Source: Mizuhopecten yessoensis
Taxonomy: Eukaryota
Reading direction: 5' to 3'
DNA length: 64,000 nucleotides
NCBI RefSeq assembly: GCF_002113885.1
Contig: NW_018403629.1
Location: forward strand, 129,050-193,049
The position numbers were made by a program, and so were the translations under genes. Positions 50,901 to 64,000 of this stretch are shown in pieces. A model generated the notes under the pieces. The model did not search any database. It was given only the letters and a program-made list of their open reading frames with translations, and was not told the origin of the DNA. Position 1 is the first letter of the stretch. Every line of letters begins with the position of its first letter.

Positions 50901-53900
50901 TGTCGTACTGTAGGTTAATGTTACAGTTTAGTAGTAAGGTGACCATTATTGTCGTACTGTAGGTTAATGTCACAGTTTAGTAGTGAGGTGACCATCATTG
51001 TCGCACTGTAGGTTAATGTCACAGTTTGGTAGTGAGGTGACCATTATTGTCGTACTGTAGGTTAATGTCACAGTTTAGTAGTAAGGTGACCATCATTGTC
51101 GTACTGTAGGTTAATGTCATAGTTTGGTAGTTAGGTGACTATTATTGTCATGCCTTGGGTTGACATATAGATGGCGAGAAGAATGGTGCATCCTTGTTTC
51201 GATTTATCGAAGATAGATTAGACACAAATAATTACAGTAACAGATAATGAAGACATTAATTAGTAAATAACAGTAACATTATTCTCTATTCAACATCAAA
51301 TCGTTCCATTTTCTTAAAGGGCTATGAACGAGTGGGTAGGCCAACCCCTGCACATATGCCTACCAGAAGCGGGAGTGAAGCTGGTGAGCCAGCGGATACA
51401 GTAGAGGTACCCCAGGTAGCCAATGTGAGGCGGAGGAAGAACCTGATCCTGGTCGGGTGTATACTAGTAAACCTGGGCCAGTCTGTCGTGTTCTCTATGG
51501 CTGTGCTGGGTAAAATTAAATCAGATCTTAGCAATGACGAAGCAGACACCATACGAATGGCACTGTTGATCACCAGACGTTTGGGAGGTAGGGTCAGCCA
51601 TCAAATTGTATTCATTATCATTTCTTTATTTCCTCCAAATTAAAGAGTTACGAATTTATATAAAAGTAAGTAACTGTTGTTTAACACATCCGAGTGTCCC
51701 AGTGTTAGTTTCCATGTCCACATCAGTACACAAAATATCGCTATTATTTGACTGAAAAAAGGCAAAATAAAGTCATTTTCATCTAAGAGTCTTACGAGTA
51801 ATAGCGATTATGAAGCATTAATGATAATACATATACAAGTTCCATCGGATAAAGTGTTAATGTCTATCGTATTTTTCCAATGTGTAGTTGTAATATTTTA
51901 TTGTAGTAACTTTAATTGAAATCCTGTCCTTTTTACCCTTCTAGTCCCGTTTGCATCCCTCCTTATGATAGGCATGGGTTACCGTATCGTGGGGATCATC
52001 GGATGTTCCCTTGTCGGCCTCGGGCTATTTATAGCTTCCTGGGTACCCCGTGTGGCAGTGGGAACCATTACCTTTCTGGTCGGGGGAGTAGCAGGTAGTC
52101 GATTAAAGCCGTACCAAATGCTTCTCTTATTTTAGATTAATTACTCACAGCCTACGTTTAAGATTGATGAATATGTTTGTCTCTTTTCATTTTTTTTAAT
52201 GCAGTTAATTATTTTTCGCAATTAATGGACGATTTGTTAATTGAAAGGCCAAACCAACTTGATTTTGAGATAGAAATATTTAATGGATCACGTTCAAACA
52301 TTTAAATATATTGGTAACTAAAGGTAAATAATTAATTAAACTAAAAGTATAAGCCATTAACTTCATGGAGTTGTTTTGTTTTGTTTTTGTTTATTTAACT
52401 CTGTATCAATATGCAGTTTAACATTAAGTTGTCAGTACTAAAACGTTTTGTAGAAAATAAAAGCAGCATTGATATGACAAACTCATATAACAGCAAAACA
52501 AACTCTGACAAAACGCTGTGTGATGTTTGTTGTTTTCTATTTTCAGGTCTTGGTTTCGCATTTCTATCATTAACAGTCATCGTTCCAATCCTTGAAACCT
52601 TTACTAAACATCGACTTAGATATCTAGTGATGGTGCGGTCCGCAGAATCTGTGTCGTCCATCGTGTTTGCAAGCCTCACCTTGGTACCGGATATAGAAAT
52701 TGATTGGCGGATCCTGTATCGGTACCAGCTGGTCGTGATGGTGGTGGCGGGGGCCGCTTGTGTGCTTCTGAAGCCACTAGAGACAATCAAAGCTGACGTC
52801 ACTCGCGGCGTTATTGGTCGTCTGCTCGGGTTGTCGGATTTCTCATTGTTTAAAGGCGTGACACTCTATTTGTTGATACTTGTTTATGTCCTGGACCAAA
52901 TAGGTGTGTATCTTGTTACTATCTCAGATCCGTATCTTTCTTTCATTTTGGCATTTCGCTTTTATTTTTATACCATATATACCTCAAGCAAACTGCGTGT
53001 TTAGCATAAAATATCTGAGGCAGCTTTTATGTATACAGCATAAATACAAAAACCTCTTGGTCGTCATTTGTAATTCCATTTAAATTACAAATTAATGTTT
53101 ATATAAATAAATTGTTTTTGGTGAATTTGTGACAATATGTCATCACACTGCACATGACTAACTCACATGGTTATTATTTGACTGTTCAGAAATGAACTTA
53201 AAAAAGAAATAAGCTAGTTATTTTTGAGGTCATCACATAATGGCTGAAAGCTGTTATAACCATAATGAAATAGACATCGAGATTGAGATTGAAATAACAA
53301 ATGACAAAAAAAGGCATGATTTTTGATGTGTTGATATGTACATCTTATTATGAATCTGGTCTAGACGTATGACGTAATGATAGTTTTGGTGACGCATTCC
53401 CTAGTTCTGACGAGGACAGTGAACATTTATCACATAACGAATACATATCAATATAAACTACAAAGTAAATCACTTTGATGTTATTTACATAAATTGGCGG
53501 TAACCATATTACTGTTGTCATGTTATTGTTAAGATAGTTATGTACTAGGTATTGATATGTTGCATCGTATTCATAATAAAATATTTCCCAAAATCGAAGG
53601 CAAGACCGATATTCTTGGGGAGTAAACTTATTGAATGTCAAATAATAACATTTCCGTGAATTTTTAAGTCAGCGAAAAAAAAGCTTACTATAGGGACAGA
53701 CAGAAAAATCGCTTTAGAATAAGAGATAAATCTGTACAGGGAGTATAGTTAACAGCTGTTTGTTGTTCTCTTAAACGTAAATGTGATCAGGAAATACAAA
53801 TTATTTAAGGTCTGCCTCCTCGACATACTATCACTTCATGTTTTATGTATCACCTTCAAAGAGATTTAATGTACTTACAAATTGTAATAGTCTATCCGGT

Positions 53901-56900
53901 TAAGGTCACAAACTTTGCGTCTGATTCGTTTGACCATAATGTTATATTTAAATATAGAAAAGTATTTATTTTCGTCTATTTCCAGGAATACCAACTACTC
54001 GGTACGATCTTTCCTCACTACTGGAAGACCCTACGAAGCAGTTCGGAGCTGATCTCTCTGTACGGGTAATCGTGATCCTGCCGTTTGTTGGAAATCTATT
54101 AGGACTTTTGGCACTCGTCTTCTGGAAAATGTTCAGTCTAGTGGACATCCTACAGATGCTTGGACCGGTCAACATAGCGTGCGGACTGCTGACCTTACAG
54201 GTCCCCGCTCTGGACAAGGTGGCCTGGGTGGCCGTGTACGCAGTAGTGTTTGGAATGTCTTCAGGTGAGTGTGCTAAATTGTATGTGTCGTGTCTGTGCC
54301 GTTGTCTTACATATTGTTAGTTTGGTGGATCATTTCTTTTCTATTTTAATGCCATGACACACTGACATAAAAAGAGGTGTCATTCAGCTTTCTAGTAGGA
54401 CGTGACAATGGTAGAACGATGGTACAACAATCAGGCTAAACTTCACGTATACTACACATTTTAAGTTGTTCTGGTCCGAATGACCAAGCTAGCTTATACC
54501 ACAGAGCGACATCCCTCGTCTGTCCGTCCATCCGGCGTCATTTATTCACTTTCCGAACAATTTCTTTTGAATGCCATAGAGTACAAGGGGTAACGATATT
54601 TGGTCAAGGACTATCAAGTTTGTTCAAATGAATGACATTGACTTACTTTAAAGGTCACAAGGGTCAAACTTGATTAAAGAATTTAGAGCGACTTACTCTG
54701 AATAAACAAAAAGACCAGAGAGCAGATATGTGTGTTACTTAGCATGCTTAAATGAAGGGCTAATACAATTTGTTTAAATGAACGACTTGACTCACTTTCA
54801 AAATATGTTACTTAAAACCTTTAAACGACTCCCTGTGCACATTTGGTCAATAGCATGTAGCATAAAAATCACAGGGGTCAGATGTGCTTAAAGAACCTTT
54901 CCACGACCTCTGGATAGCAAAGGAAGTAGCATATTTGGATGAAAGGAAATCGGGTTTGTTCAGGTGACGGACACTGCTTTTTCTCCATCATGGTGGTAAT
55001 AGATTAGACATATCATTTGTGAACAGTGATAAGAATTGTGCGTTCACCAGGTTTCCTTGTCTTTACGATCCTGGTAAAACTGCTAGTACCGGTCTAACAC
55101 CTGCGTCACCTCTGTGGCATCTAAATTGTCAATCTTATTTGCCTTATTATACTTTCAGAAGGACTCATTGTCCTCTCCTTCCAGCGTGTATAAAGGATCT
55201 TGTACACGTATTGCCAGTGTATACTGTTTTGTTTGGATTGGTCTCGGTGTCAACATGTACAATGTTCCTCACATTTTCCAGTTCGTTTTGCTTGTTTATA
55301 AATATATGTATTTTTTTATTCAATTTTTCTTTTTTATAAAGTGTACGCAGTAGTGTTTGGAATGTCTTCATGTGAGGGTGCTAAATTGTATGTGTCGTGT
55401 CTGTTTGGAATGTCTTCAGGTGAGGGTGGTAAATTGTATGTGTCGTGTCTGTGCCGTTGTCTTACATATTGTTAGTTTGGTGGCTCATTTTTTTCTATTT
55501 TAATGCCATGACACACTGACATAAAAAAGAGGTGTCATTCAGCTTTCTAGTAGGACGTGACAATGGTAGAACGATGGTACAACAATCAGGCTAAACTTCA
55601 CGTATACTACACATTTTAAGTTGTTCTGGTCCGAATGACCAAGCTAGCTTATACCACAGAGCGGCATCCCTCGTCTGTCCGTCCATCCGGCGTCATTTAT
55701 TCACTTTCCGAACAATTTCTTTTGAATGCCATAGAGTACAAGGGGTAACGATATTTGGTCAAGGACTATCAAGTTTGTTCAAATGAATGACATTGACTTG
55801 CTTTAAAGGTCACAAGGGTCAAACTTGATTAAAAAATTTAGAGCGACTTACTCTGAATAAACAAAAAGACCAGAGAGCAGATATGTGTGGTACTTAGCAT
55901 GCTTAAATGAAGGGCTAATACAATTTGTTTAAATGAACGACTTGACTCACTTTCAAAGTATGTTACTTAAAACCTTTAAACGACTCCCTGTGCACATTTG
56001 GTCAATAGCATGTAGCATAAAAATCACAGGGGTCAGATGTGCTTAAAGAACCTTTCCACGACCTCTGGATAGCAAAGGAAGTAGCATATTTGGATGAAAG
56101 GAAATCGGGTTTGTTCAGGTGACGGACACTGCTATTTCTCCATCATGGTGGTAATAGATTAGACATATCATTTGTGAACAGTGATAAGAATTGTGCGTTC
56201 ACCAGGTTTCCTTGTCTTTACGATCCTGGTAAAACTGCTAGTACCGGTCTAACACCTGCGTCACCTCTGTGGCATCTAAATTGTCAATCTTATTTGCCTT
56301 ATTATACTTTCAGAAGGACTCATTGTCCTCTCCTTCCATCGTGTATAAAGGATCTTGTACACGTATTGCCAGTGTATACTGTTTTGTTTGGATTGGTCTC
56401 GGTGTCAACATGTACAATGGTCCCCACATTTTCTGTTCGTTTTGCTTGTTTATATGTATATATAAAAAAAATTATTCAATTTTTCTTTTTTTTATAAAAA
56501 ACAAATTTACACACAAAGCAACAAGCATACATTACTTTGATTACAATTCCCTTCACAACAGACATCTGGTTTTGTTCTTTATAGTATAATGATAATTGTT
56601 CATGTTATTTTATAGGAGAAGCCATTTTTCCAATTCATTATGTTTGTCTATATTTTATACTTAATGGTTAAGACCATTTTTGGCTAGGTGGCTTATAAGT
56701 TTACCTTTTTTGATTTACAGGTGTTTTCCTCGCACTGACTGACAATGTGATACCTGGTGCGTTCGGGAAACAAAGCATTCGGATTGTAGAGGGAATCCTA
56801 GGGCTAGCTTCCGGTGTTGGTCTTATTATAGCTTTGCCTGCCAGTAGTACGTATTATCATACTATATTTTTATTAGCATTACATATTGATATACATGTTA

Positions 56901-57305
56901 ATCGTTTACTATCAAAGTTACCGTTGTCACAGTAGACTTTAATTCCATGTCTGATTTTTCAATGTATACCATGTTTACCGATTGTGCTTTGTTTTTGATG
57001 ATGTGTACTTCTGTATTTGATTGAAGTAACCATGACAAATGCCACGTGTTAGGAAGCAAAACATTCATCTTCTCTGGACATTGATGCTTGGTGTGTGTAC
57101 ATATTAATATCTTTTATATCTATTTCAGTCATTTTATTATTGAAATCACTTATTTTGAACAGATGCACTAAGTACTCAAACGACTCATGGCTATGAATCA
57201 TCCTTCTACTTATCGGGATCAGCTCTTGTCATTTCCGGTTTGCTAGCAGTTGGTTTCCGGTTCGTGCTGTTACGTCAGAATTCGAAGAAAGAAAACAGTC
57301 GGTGA
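47905..57305 (+). CDS. Divergent SLC16/monocarboxylate-transporter-like MFS protein, paralog B (~464 aa, 7 exons)
   Basis: Exons 47905-47976, 51320-51587, 51945-52094, 52547-52903, 53986-54264, 56721-56846 and 57163-57305; all GT-AG, 1395-nt open frame. GYRIVGIIGCSL, AGLGFAFLSLTVIVPILE and VIPGAFGKQ align with paralog A; same intron phases and identical 150- and 126-nt exons. Confidence 0.88.
48200..51150. repeat. 49-bp minisatellite, ~59 copies, intron 1 of paralog B
   Basis: Unit GTAGGTTAATGTCACAGTTTGGTAGTGAGGTGACCATCATTGTCGTACT; near-invariant core, diverged edges. Confidence 0.98.
54234..56497. repeat. ~1.15-kb tandem duplication (exon 5 end + intron 5 of paralog B, including a HINE-like relic)
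   Basis: 54234-55340 recurs at 55341-56497 (offset 1155, e.g. near-identical ORFs at 55019 and 56174) with only scattered substitutions. Confidence 0.93.
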
Positions 57306-57414
57306 CACCGTTATAGATGACAGATATAAGAAACGTTGTTTATCATTAACATATCGGTTATTTTCATAATCATTGATACAACTATGTGAATCTTGTTTGA
57401 GGAGCTAGATTGTT

Positions 57415-57690
57415 GCTAGGAACATTTACTGACAATGCTCTGTAAAGCTAGGAACATTTACTGACAATGCTCTGTAAAGCTAGGAACATTTACTGACAAT
57501 GCTCTGTAAAGCTAGGAACATTTACTGACAATGCTCTGTAAAGCTAGGAACATTTACTGACAATGCTCTGTAAAGATCATGTGTCATACACAGATTGTTA
57601 CTAGGAATATTTACTGTCAATGCTCTGTAAAGCTAGGAACATTTACTGACAATGCTCTGTAATGCACAGATTGTTACTAGGAACATTTAT
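57415..57690. repeat. 32-bp minisatellite in probable 3' UTR of paralog B
   Basis: Unit GCTAGGAACATTTACTGACAATGCTCTGTAAA, ~7 copies with an interruption. Confidence 0.92.
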
Positions 57691-58163
57691 CTTAATTTCT
57701 GTATCTAAATGAATCATGGGTGGTTATAAGTGTCGGTAAAGTGAAGTACATAAGTATGTATGCGTTATCTGTGGTATCTTTATACTGCAAACCGTGTATT
57801 ACAGTAAAATATTCATTTGTTTTGACTGTTATTGAATTTATCATGTTGTGTCAATTCGTTAGATAACAGGAATAAAAAAGATATCATTTTTTAATAAAAA
57901 AAAAATGCTTAAAAATAAGTACATATTTATTTTCTATTTTTGAATAATATTAATCTACAGTCGGCTGACTAAGTGAATTATGTGTAATTATAATTAAGTA
58001 ATACAAGAAATATGTAAAAAATTGAAAACTATACACTCTTTAGATTATAAAATATTCTCAGTGTTCACGAAGACATCCATACATTACAAACTGACACTAC
58101 AATGATTACCTAACTAATGTAAAAATAATAGCTAAAAAACACAATTTTGTGGGGGATTTTTTT

Positions 58164-58194
<31 letters not shown>

Positions 58195-59640
58195 ATGTAA
58201 ACGCCAATGTAAAATGTCAATTTGTTTAATTCGATATAATGAATTAAAATGTTTACCTGCAATCACCAAGCTGCAGAGAGTCCAGCAAAGATACAAATAT
58301 GACTTAGAGCTGGTATATCAAAGCCCTCACAGTTTTATACAAACCTAATCCAACTAATTATTGTGGGTATTATTTATGATCCTGTAGTTTGTGTTTAAGG
58401 AGTTCGGGCATGAATTGTGTGTTCCATGTTTTTGTATATTTAACAAACCACTTATTGGTGGTAGGTTCACTGATTGTTTTAGAAAAACAAACATGATTCT
58501 AATTTTCAAGTCTTGTTTGAGAAAAAATCTTACAAACTAAAAGACTAGTGACATTTTTGGCGTGCAGCTCCTTCATTGCCGAAGATTTTAAGAAACTTTT
58601 TCGTATGTTTTTAATAAAATAAATCCTCACATTTGTACAGAATATGAATTTGTGTTTGCCTTACAAGCCTACTGTAGCAAAACTCACGTGTTTTACTGAT
58701 CATGTGTTTGAGGCCAGAAGGACCGATGTACATGCCGATATTTTTGGACAGTGAGAGTTTTAGTAGATTGAAGCACAAATGATATATTTAAAGTCTTAGT
58801 GTTAACATTTTAAACAGGTTGTTGATCGGATGACATCTGGTGTATGTTGTTTTCACAAAGAATCCATTTTTGTTCCAACTCTACCTATTGTACAAATGAC
58901 CACCCTGCAGTTTAGCAACATTCTACTCGCTTTGTTTGCTGCTAATACAAATGTGTAAACGGATATGTTAAGGAATGACGGTCAGTTTTTTGTCTGGTGT
59001 AAAAAAAAAGTACCGTATGTAAAACTGCTTACAAATGATGAATATGTTGTACCATATAATGTATGTGAAACATAAAAATGTACGAGTTTCCATGAAAGAG
59101 TTTTTTAATATAAAACTACACGTATCATAGACCTAAGAGTTGTTTTATTTGATTATCCTCATTTCTCCCAACATAATATAAAACTGTATCAATTAGTATG
59201 ATTATGTTTGAACTGTTAACTTTTTAAAAGTGTGCAATAAGTTCGTATTGCAATAATGTCAATTTCAGCATTTTTTTATTGATAAACAATTGGATTGAAC
59301 AGCAGGCTTCAAGCCTATAATAGGCCATTTTCCATAATGTAAACTATGTATTAATATAATATCCGGTGATGGAAAGAAGTTAAACTCACCTGATAATAGG
59401 AAGTAAGCGTTTTTCTAATGTGTATACATTAAAGTGTCGGATCCTTTTGTTTTTTAAACAAACAAGTATCTGTGATATTTTACCTCACAATACATTTATC
59501 ATTGTTATAAATTCTGTAACCGTACAATCGCGTCTAATGGAAATATCAACCTTGTTTCCCTTGTACATTATCCTAGTGTATTTAATATATAATATATTTC
59601 ATCCTGGTTTATTTTAAAAAAAAACTCACACTCGAATAAA

Positions 59641-62155
59641 TATATATCATATTTCCATGTTGTACATGATAATTCATATATTCCTATGGTGTTTTATATC
59701 ATATTATTATCATATATATATATATATTCATGTGGTGTTTTATATCAAATTATTATCATATATATATATTCCTGTGGTGTTTTATATCATATTATTATCA
59801 TATATATATATGATAATAATATGATATAAAACACCATAGGAATATATATAAATGATAATAATATGATATAAAACACCACAGGAATATATATGTATGATAA
59901 TAATATGATATAAAACACCATAGAAATATATATATATGATAATAATATGATATATAACACCACAGGAATATATATATATGATAATTATATGATATAAAAC
60001 ACCACAGGAATATATATGTATGATAATAATATGATATAAAACACCATAGAAATATATATATATGATAATAATATGATATATAACACCACAGGAATATATA
60101 TATGATAATAATATGATATTAAACACCATAGGAATATATATATGATAATAATATGATATATAACACCACAGGAATATATATATGATAATAATATGATATA
60201 AAACACCATAGGAATATATGAATTATCATGTACAACATGGAAATATATATCATATTTCCATGTTGTACATTATAATTCATATATTCCTATGGTGTTTTAT
60301 ATCATATTATTATCATTTATATATATTCCTGTGGTGTTTTATATCATATAATTATCATATATATATATTCCTGTGGTGTTATATATCATATTATTATCAT
60401 ATATATATATGATAATAATTTGATATAAAACACCACATGAATATATATATATGATAATAATATGATATTAAACACCACAGGAATATATATATATGATAAT
60501 AATATGATATAAAACACCACAGGAATATATATATGATAATAATATGATATTAAACACCACAGGAATATATATATATGATAATTATATGATATAAAACACC
60601 ACAGGAATATATATGTATGATAATAATATGATATAAAACACCATAGGAATATATATAAATGATAATAATATGATATAAAACACCACAGGAATATATATAT
60701 GATAATAATATGATATAAAACACCACAGGAATATATATATATATATGATAATAATATGTTATAAAACACCATAGGAATATATGAATTATCATGTACAACA
60801 TGGAAATATATATCATATTTCCATGTTGTACATGATAATTCATATATTCCTATGGTGTTTTATATCATATTATTATCATTTATATATATTCCTATGGTGT
60901 TTTATATCATATTATTATCATATATATATTCCTGTGGTGTTATATATCATATTATTATCATATATATATATATTCCTGTGGTGTTTTATATCATATAATT
61001 ATCATATATATATATTCCTGTGGTGTTTAATATCATATTATTATCATATATATATTCCTATGGTGTTTAATATCATATTATTATCATATATATATATATT
61101 CATGTGGTGTTTTATATCAAATTATTATCATATATATATATTCCTGTGGTGTTTTATATCATATTATTATCATATATATATATTCCTATGGTGTTTTATA
61201 TCATATTATTATCATACATATATATTCCTGTGGTGTTTTATATCATATTATTATCATACATATATATTCCTGTGGTGTTTTATATCATATAATTATCATA
61301 TATATATATTCCTGTGGTGTTTAATATCATATTATTATCATATATATATATTCCTGTGGTGTTTAATATCATATTATTATCATATATATATTCCTGTGGT
61401 GTTATATATCATATTATTATCATATATATATATTCCTATGGTGTTTAATATCATATTATTATCATATATATATATTCCTATGGTGTACATTATATATCTA
61501 TTCCTATTGTGCACATTTTATATATATATTCCTATGGTGTATATAATTATATATATATTCCTATGGTGTACAATATATATATATATTCCTATGGTGTACA
61601 TTATATATATATATATATTCCTATGGTGTACATTATATATATATTCCTATGGTGTACATTATTTATATATATTCCTATGGTGTACATTATTTATATATAT
61701 TCCTATGGTGTATATCATTATATATATATATATATTCCTATGGTGTACATTATATATATATTCCTATGGTGTACATTATATATATATTCCTATGGTGTAC
61801 ATTATTTATATATATTCCTATGGTGTACATTATTTATATATATATTACTATGGTGTACATTATATATATATTCCTATGGTGTATATCATTATTTATATAT
61901 ATTCCTATGGTGTATATCATTATATATAGATATATATTCCTATGGTGTATATCATTATATATATATTCCTATGGTGTACATTATCCCATGGTATATATCA
62001 TTATATATATATATTCCTATGGTGTATATCATTATTTATATATATTCCTATGGTGTATATCATTATATATATATATATTCATATGCTGTACATTATTATA
62101 AATATTCATATGGTGTATATCAGTATATATATATATATTCATATGGTGTATATTT
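59641..62155. repeat. AT-rich minisatellite with repeated inversions (nested palindromes)
   Basis: ~40-bp unit TTCCT(A/G)TGGTGTTTTATATCATATTATTATCA(TA)n, switching strand near 59805, 60249, 60404 and 60812; shorter variant unit after ~61480. Confidence 0.93.
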
Positions 62156-63620
62156 TCCCGAAAAATGTCAATTAATAGTCTATTGACATCAGTTCGAACG
62201 TTTATGTTGTATAATTTGATTAAGTGAAGCTTGATAGGATGGTCAAAGCTTCTATTGTTTATTATGTTTTCCGATATTCATATACCAACCTCACATGATT
62301 AATATGTACCGATAAAACTGTATGTTAACTTGTGTAGAAGTGGTTTGTTGTTACCAAGGTTACAGATTTATATAAGTAACTTACAGTGATAAATATGGTT
62401 GTACCACCAAGATACAATTACAATAAACATGGTGTGTTTTATAACAATATGGTCATACAAATACATATCGATACATTAAAATATATACCTATCTGAATCA
62501 TTCAAGAGAAATATTGGCCATACCGCCATGGTACAAAATAAATCGTATGTTAGTCAGCTGTGTAATAGTGAATCACATTCCAAAGGTACGCCTTGATATT
62601 TTAAACATGTTCGTTCTTTTGCAATGTTCCCAACATATAACAAATAACCATTCTTGAAAAGATATATAAGTGATCTCAACATGAGCTTAAAACATTTCTA
62701 TCCGTAACTGATTCAAACATGGTACAGAGAAATGAAATATGACTTGACTCAAGAACAATACACGAGGCGATGATGGAATGCGATTAGATTTCCACGAGTA
62801 ATTTCCCTTTGGTCATGATTGACCGTTTCTATTCTTAGTAGGCAAAGAAATGTGGACAGTGAACATATATTTATGTAATCTACATTGGGAAACATAGTAA
62901 GCAAAAAAATAAATGTCAAGCCATAGGGAAACAATTGTTTGGATGTCTACGTTTTATATAACCACGGTGGTTTTAAGTATCAAATCAGGCAACGAATTTA
63001 ACCGAACAAGTGTAGGCCCACTATTTAAACAAATCATATTCATTGACAAAGTACTGCATGATAATAATTATTTAATTAAATTTTGAACATCTTGTTACAT
63101 GAATCCATTTATCTGGAATAAAAACAGCATTTTTAAAAGATTATAAGCATATTTATTGCAAAATATAATACACTGGTTTGGCAACGGTTAAACCATTTAC
63201 CTTTACGCGATAATTATGAAAACAGGCAAAACTATGGCACATGAATACGTTTTATTATTTCAATAAAACAAGACCGAATCAGATGGATTGATGCACATTT
63301 AGCGTGTGGATATAGGTCTACTTTATTTATTTCCATGCAAAAGTTTACGTCTAAATCAACTTCGGTATTAAATATGTAAGTGTTGCTACATGATTCATCG
63401 TGTCGTTCTATTTATTTTGCCCTCCTAATTAGATAAAATTGGCATACGAACGGTGTTCTTCTTATTATGAGCCCGTGTTTCAATCGGATCATATGTACGT
63501 CTATACGGTACCAACCAAATAACCAAATCATCTTATACTCGGACAACATTTACAACTACAGCCACTGCCGTCTGTAGTGTCGAATGAATAATGTGCCCCA
63601 AATTTAAATAAGATACGCAT

Positions 63621-64000
63621 AACAAAGAGGCCCAATGGGACGGTATAGCTCACTTGGTATTACTTTCACAAAAGTAGCTTTCAAATTAAACCAATGTCGA
63701 ATACTTTACCCGACAAAGAGAGATGTAGGCCAAATCTGATTAAAATTATATCTTCACATCGCTCCCGTTTACTGATATGTCGCGAGTAAACGGGAGCGAT
63801 GTGAAGATATAATTTTAATTAGATTGATGTAGGCCAAATATCCAGTTAAGATATTTTCATACGCTTGACCCAAGTGATATTGAAATTGGGTCAATGTTGG
63901 TCATTGAACTAATTTGGTAACCCTTCATTTCGGAATACTACTGGCCAACACATCATAAACCTAGGCCTTTTGATATTTCTTCGGGTTGGTAAGTAAGGAT
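63621..64000. mobile_element. Start of a second HINE-like element, with a nested palindromic MITE at ~63731-63826
   Basis: AACAAAGAGGCCCAATGGGACGGTATAGCTCACTTG resembles the 43842 terminus. Nested ~41-bp inverted arms are flanked by the direct repeat ATGTAGGC(C). Confidence 0.65.

Noticed and set aside
24146-51150. Regular repeat arrays as CRISPR arrays
   Set aside because: Units are head-to-tail with no unique spacers, there are no cas genes, and the context is eukaryotic and spliced.
55019-56589. Duplicated 106/107-aa ORFs
   Set aside because: Non-ATG starts, no recognisable domain, and they lie in the duplicated intron 5 segment.
59782-62186. Ile/Tyr-rich ORFs up to 382 aa
   Set aside because: Translations of an AT-rich minisatellite in many frames; no gene structure.

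Overview
AT-rich, intron-containing animal genomic DNA from a gapped draft assembly. The repeat families (V- and CORE-type SINEs, Helentron/HINE-like elements, Penelope-like RT relics) suggest a bivalve mollusc; this is inference. Hand-spliced gene models: (1) a GT31/B3GALT-like glycosyltransferase (-) with two in-frame nonsense codons; (2) a glutaredoxin-like C5orf63/YDR286C homolog (-) whose first intron holds a TIR/TSD-bounded, internally deleted PHD-MULE transposon; (3) a secreted PAN/Apple + C-type lectin gene (-); (4,5) two tandem, strongly diverged 7-exon SLC16/MCT-like MFS transporter paralogs (+) with identical intron phases. The remainder is CR1-type and Penelope-like retroelement fragments, SINEs, MITEs and about 10 unrelated minisatellite arrays. 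Two arrays arose from Penelope-like sequence, one carries a splice donor in every unit, one has a 125-bp higher-order repeat, and one AT-rich array repeatedly flips orientation. No CRISPR or prokaryotic system is present, and I cannot demonstrate a wholly new system from sequence alone. The divergent transporter pair, the PHD-MULE element and the retroelement-born satellites are the best leads.
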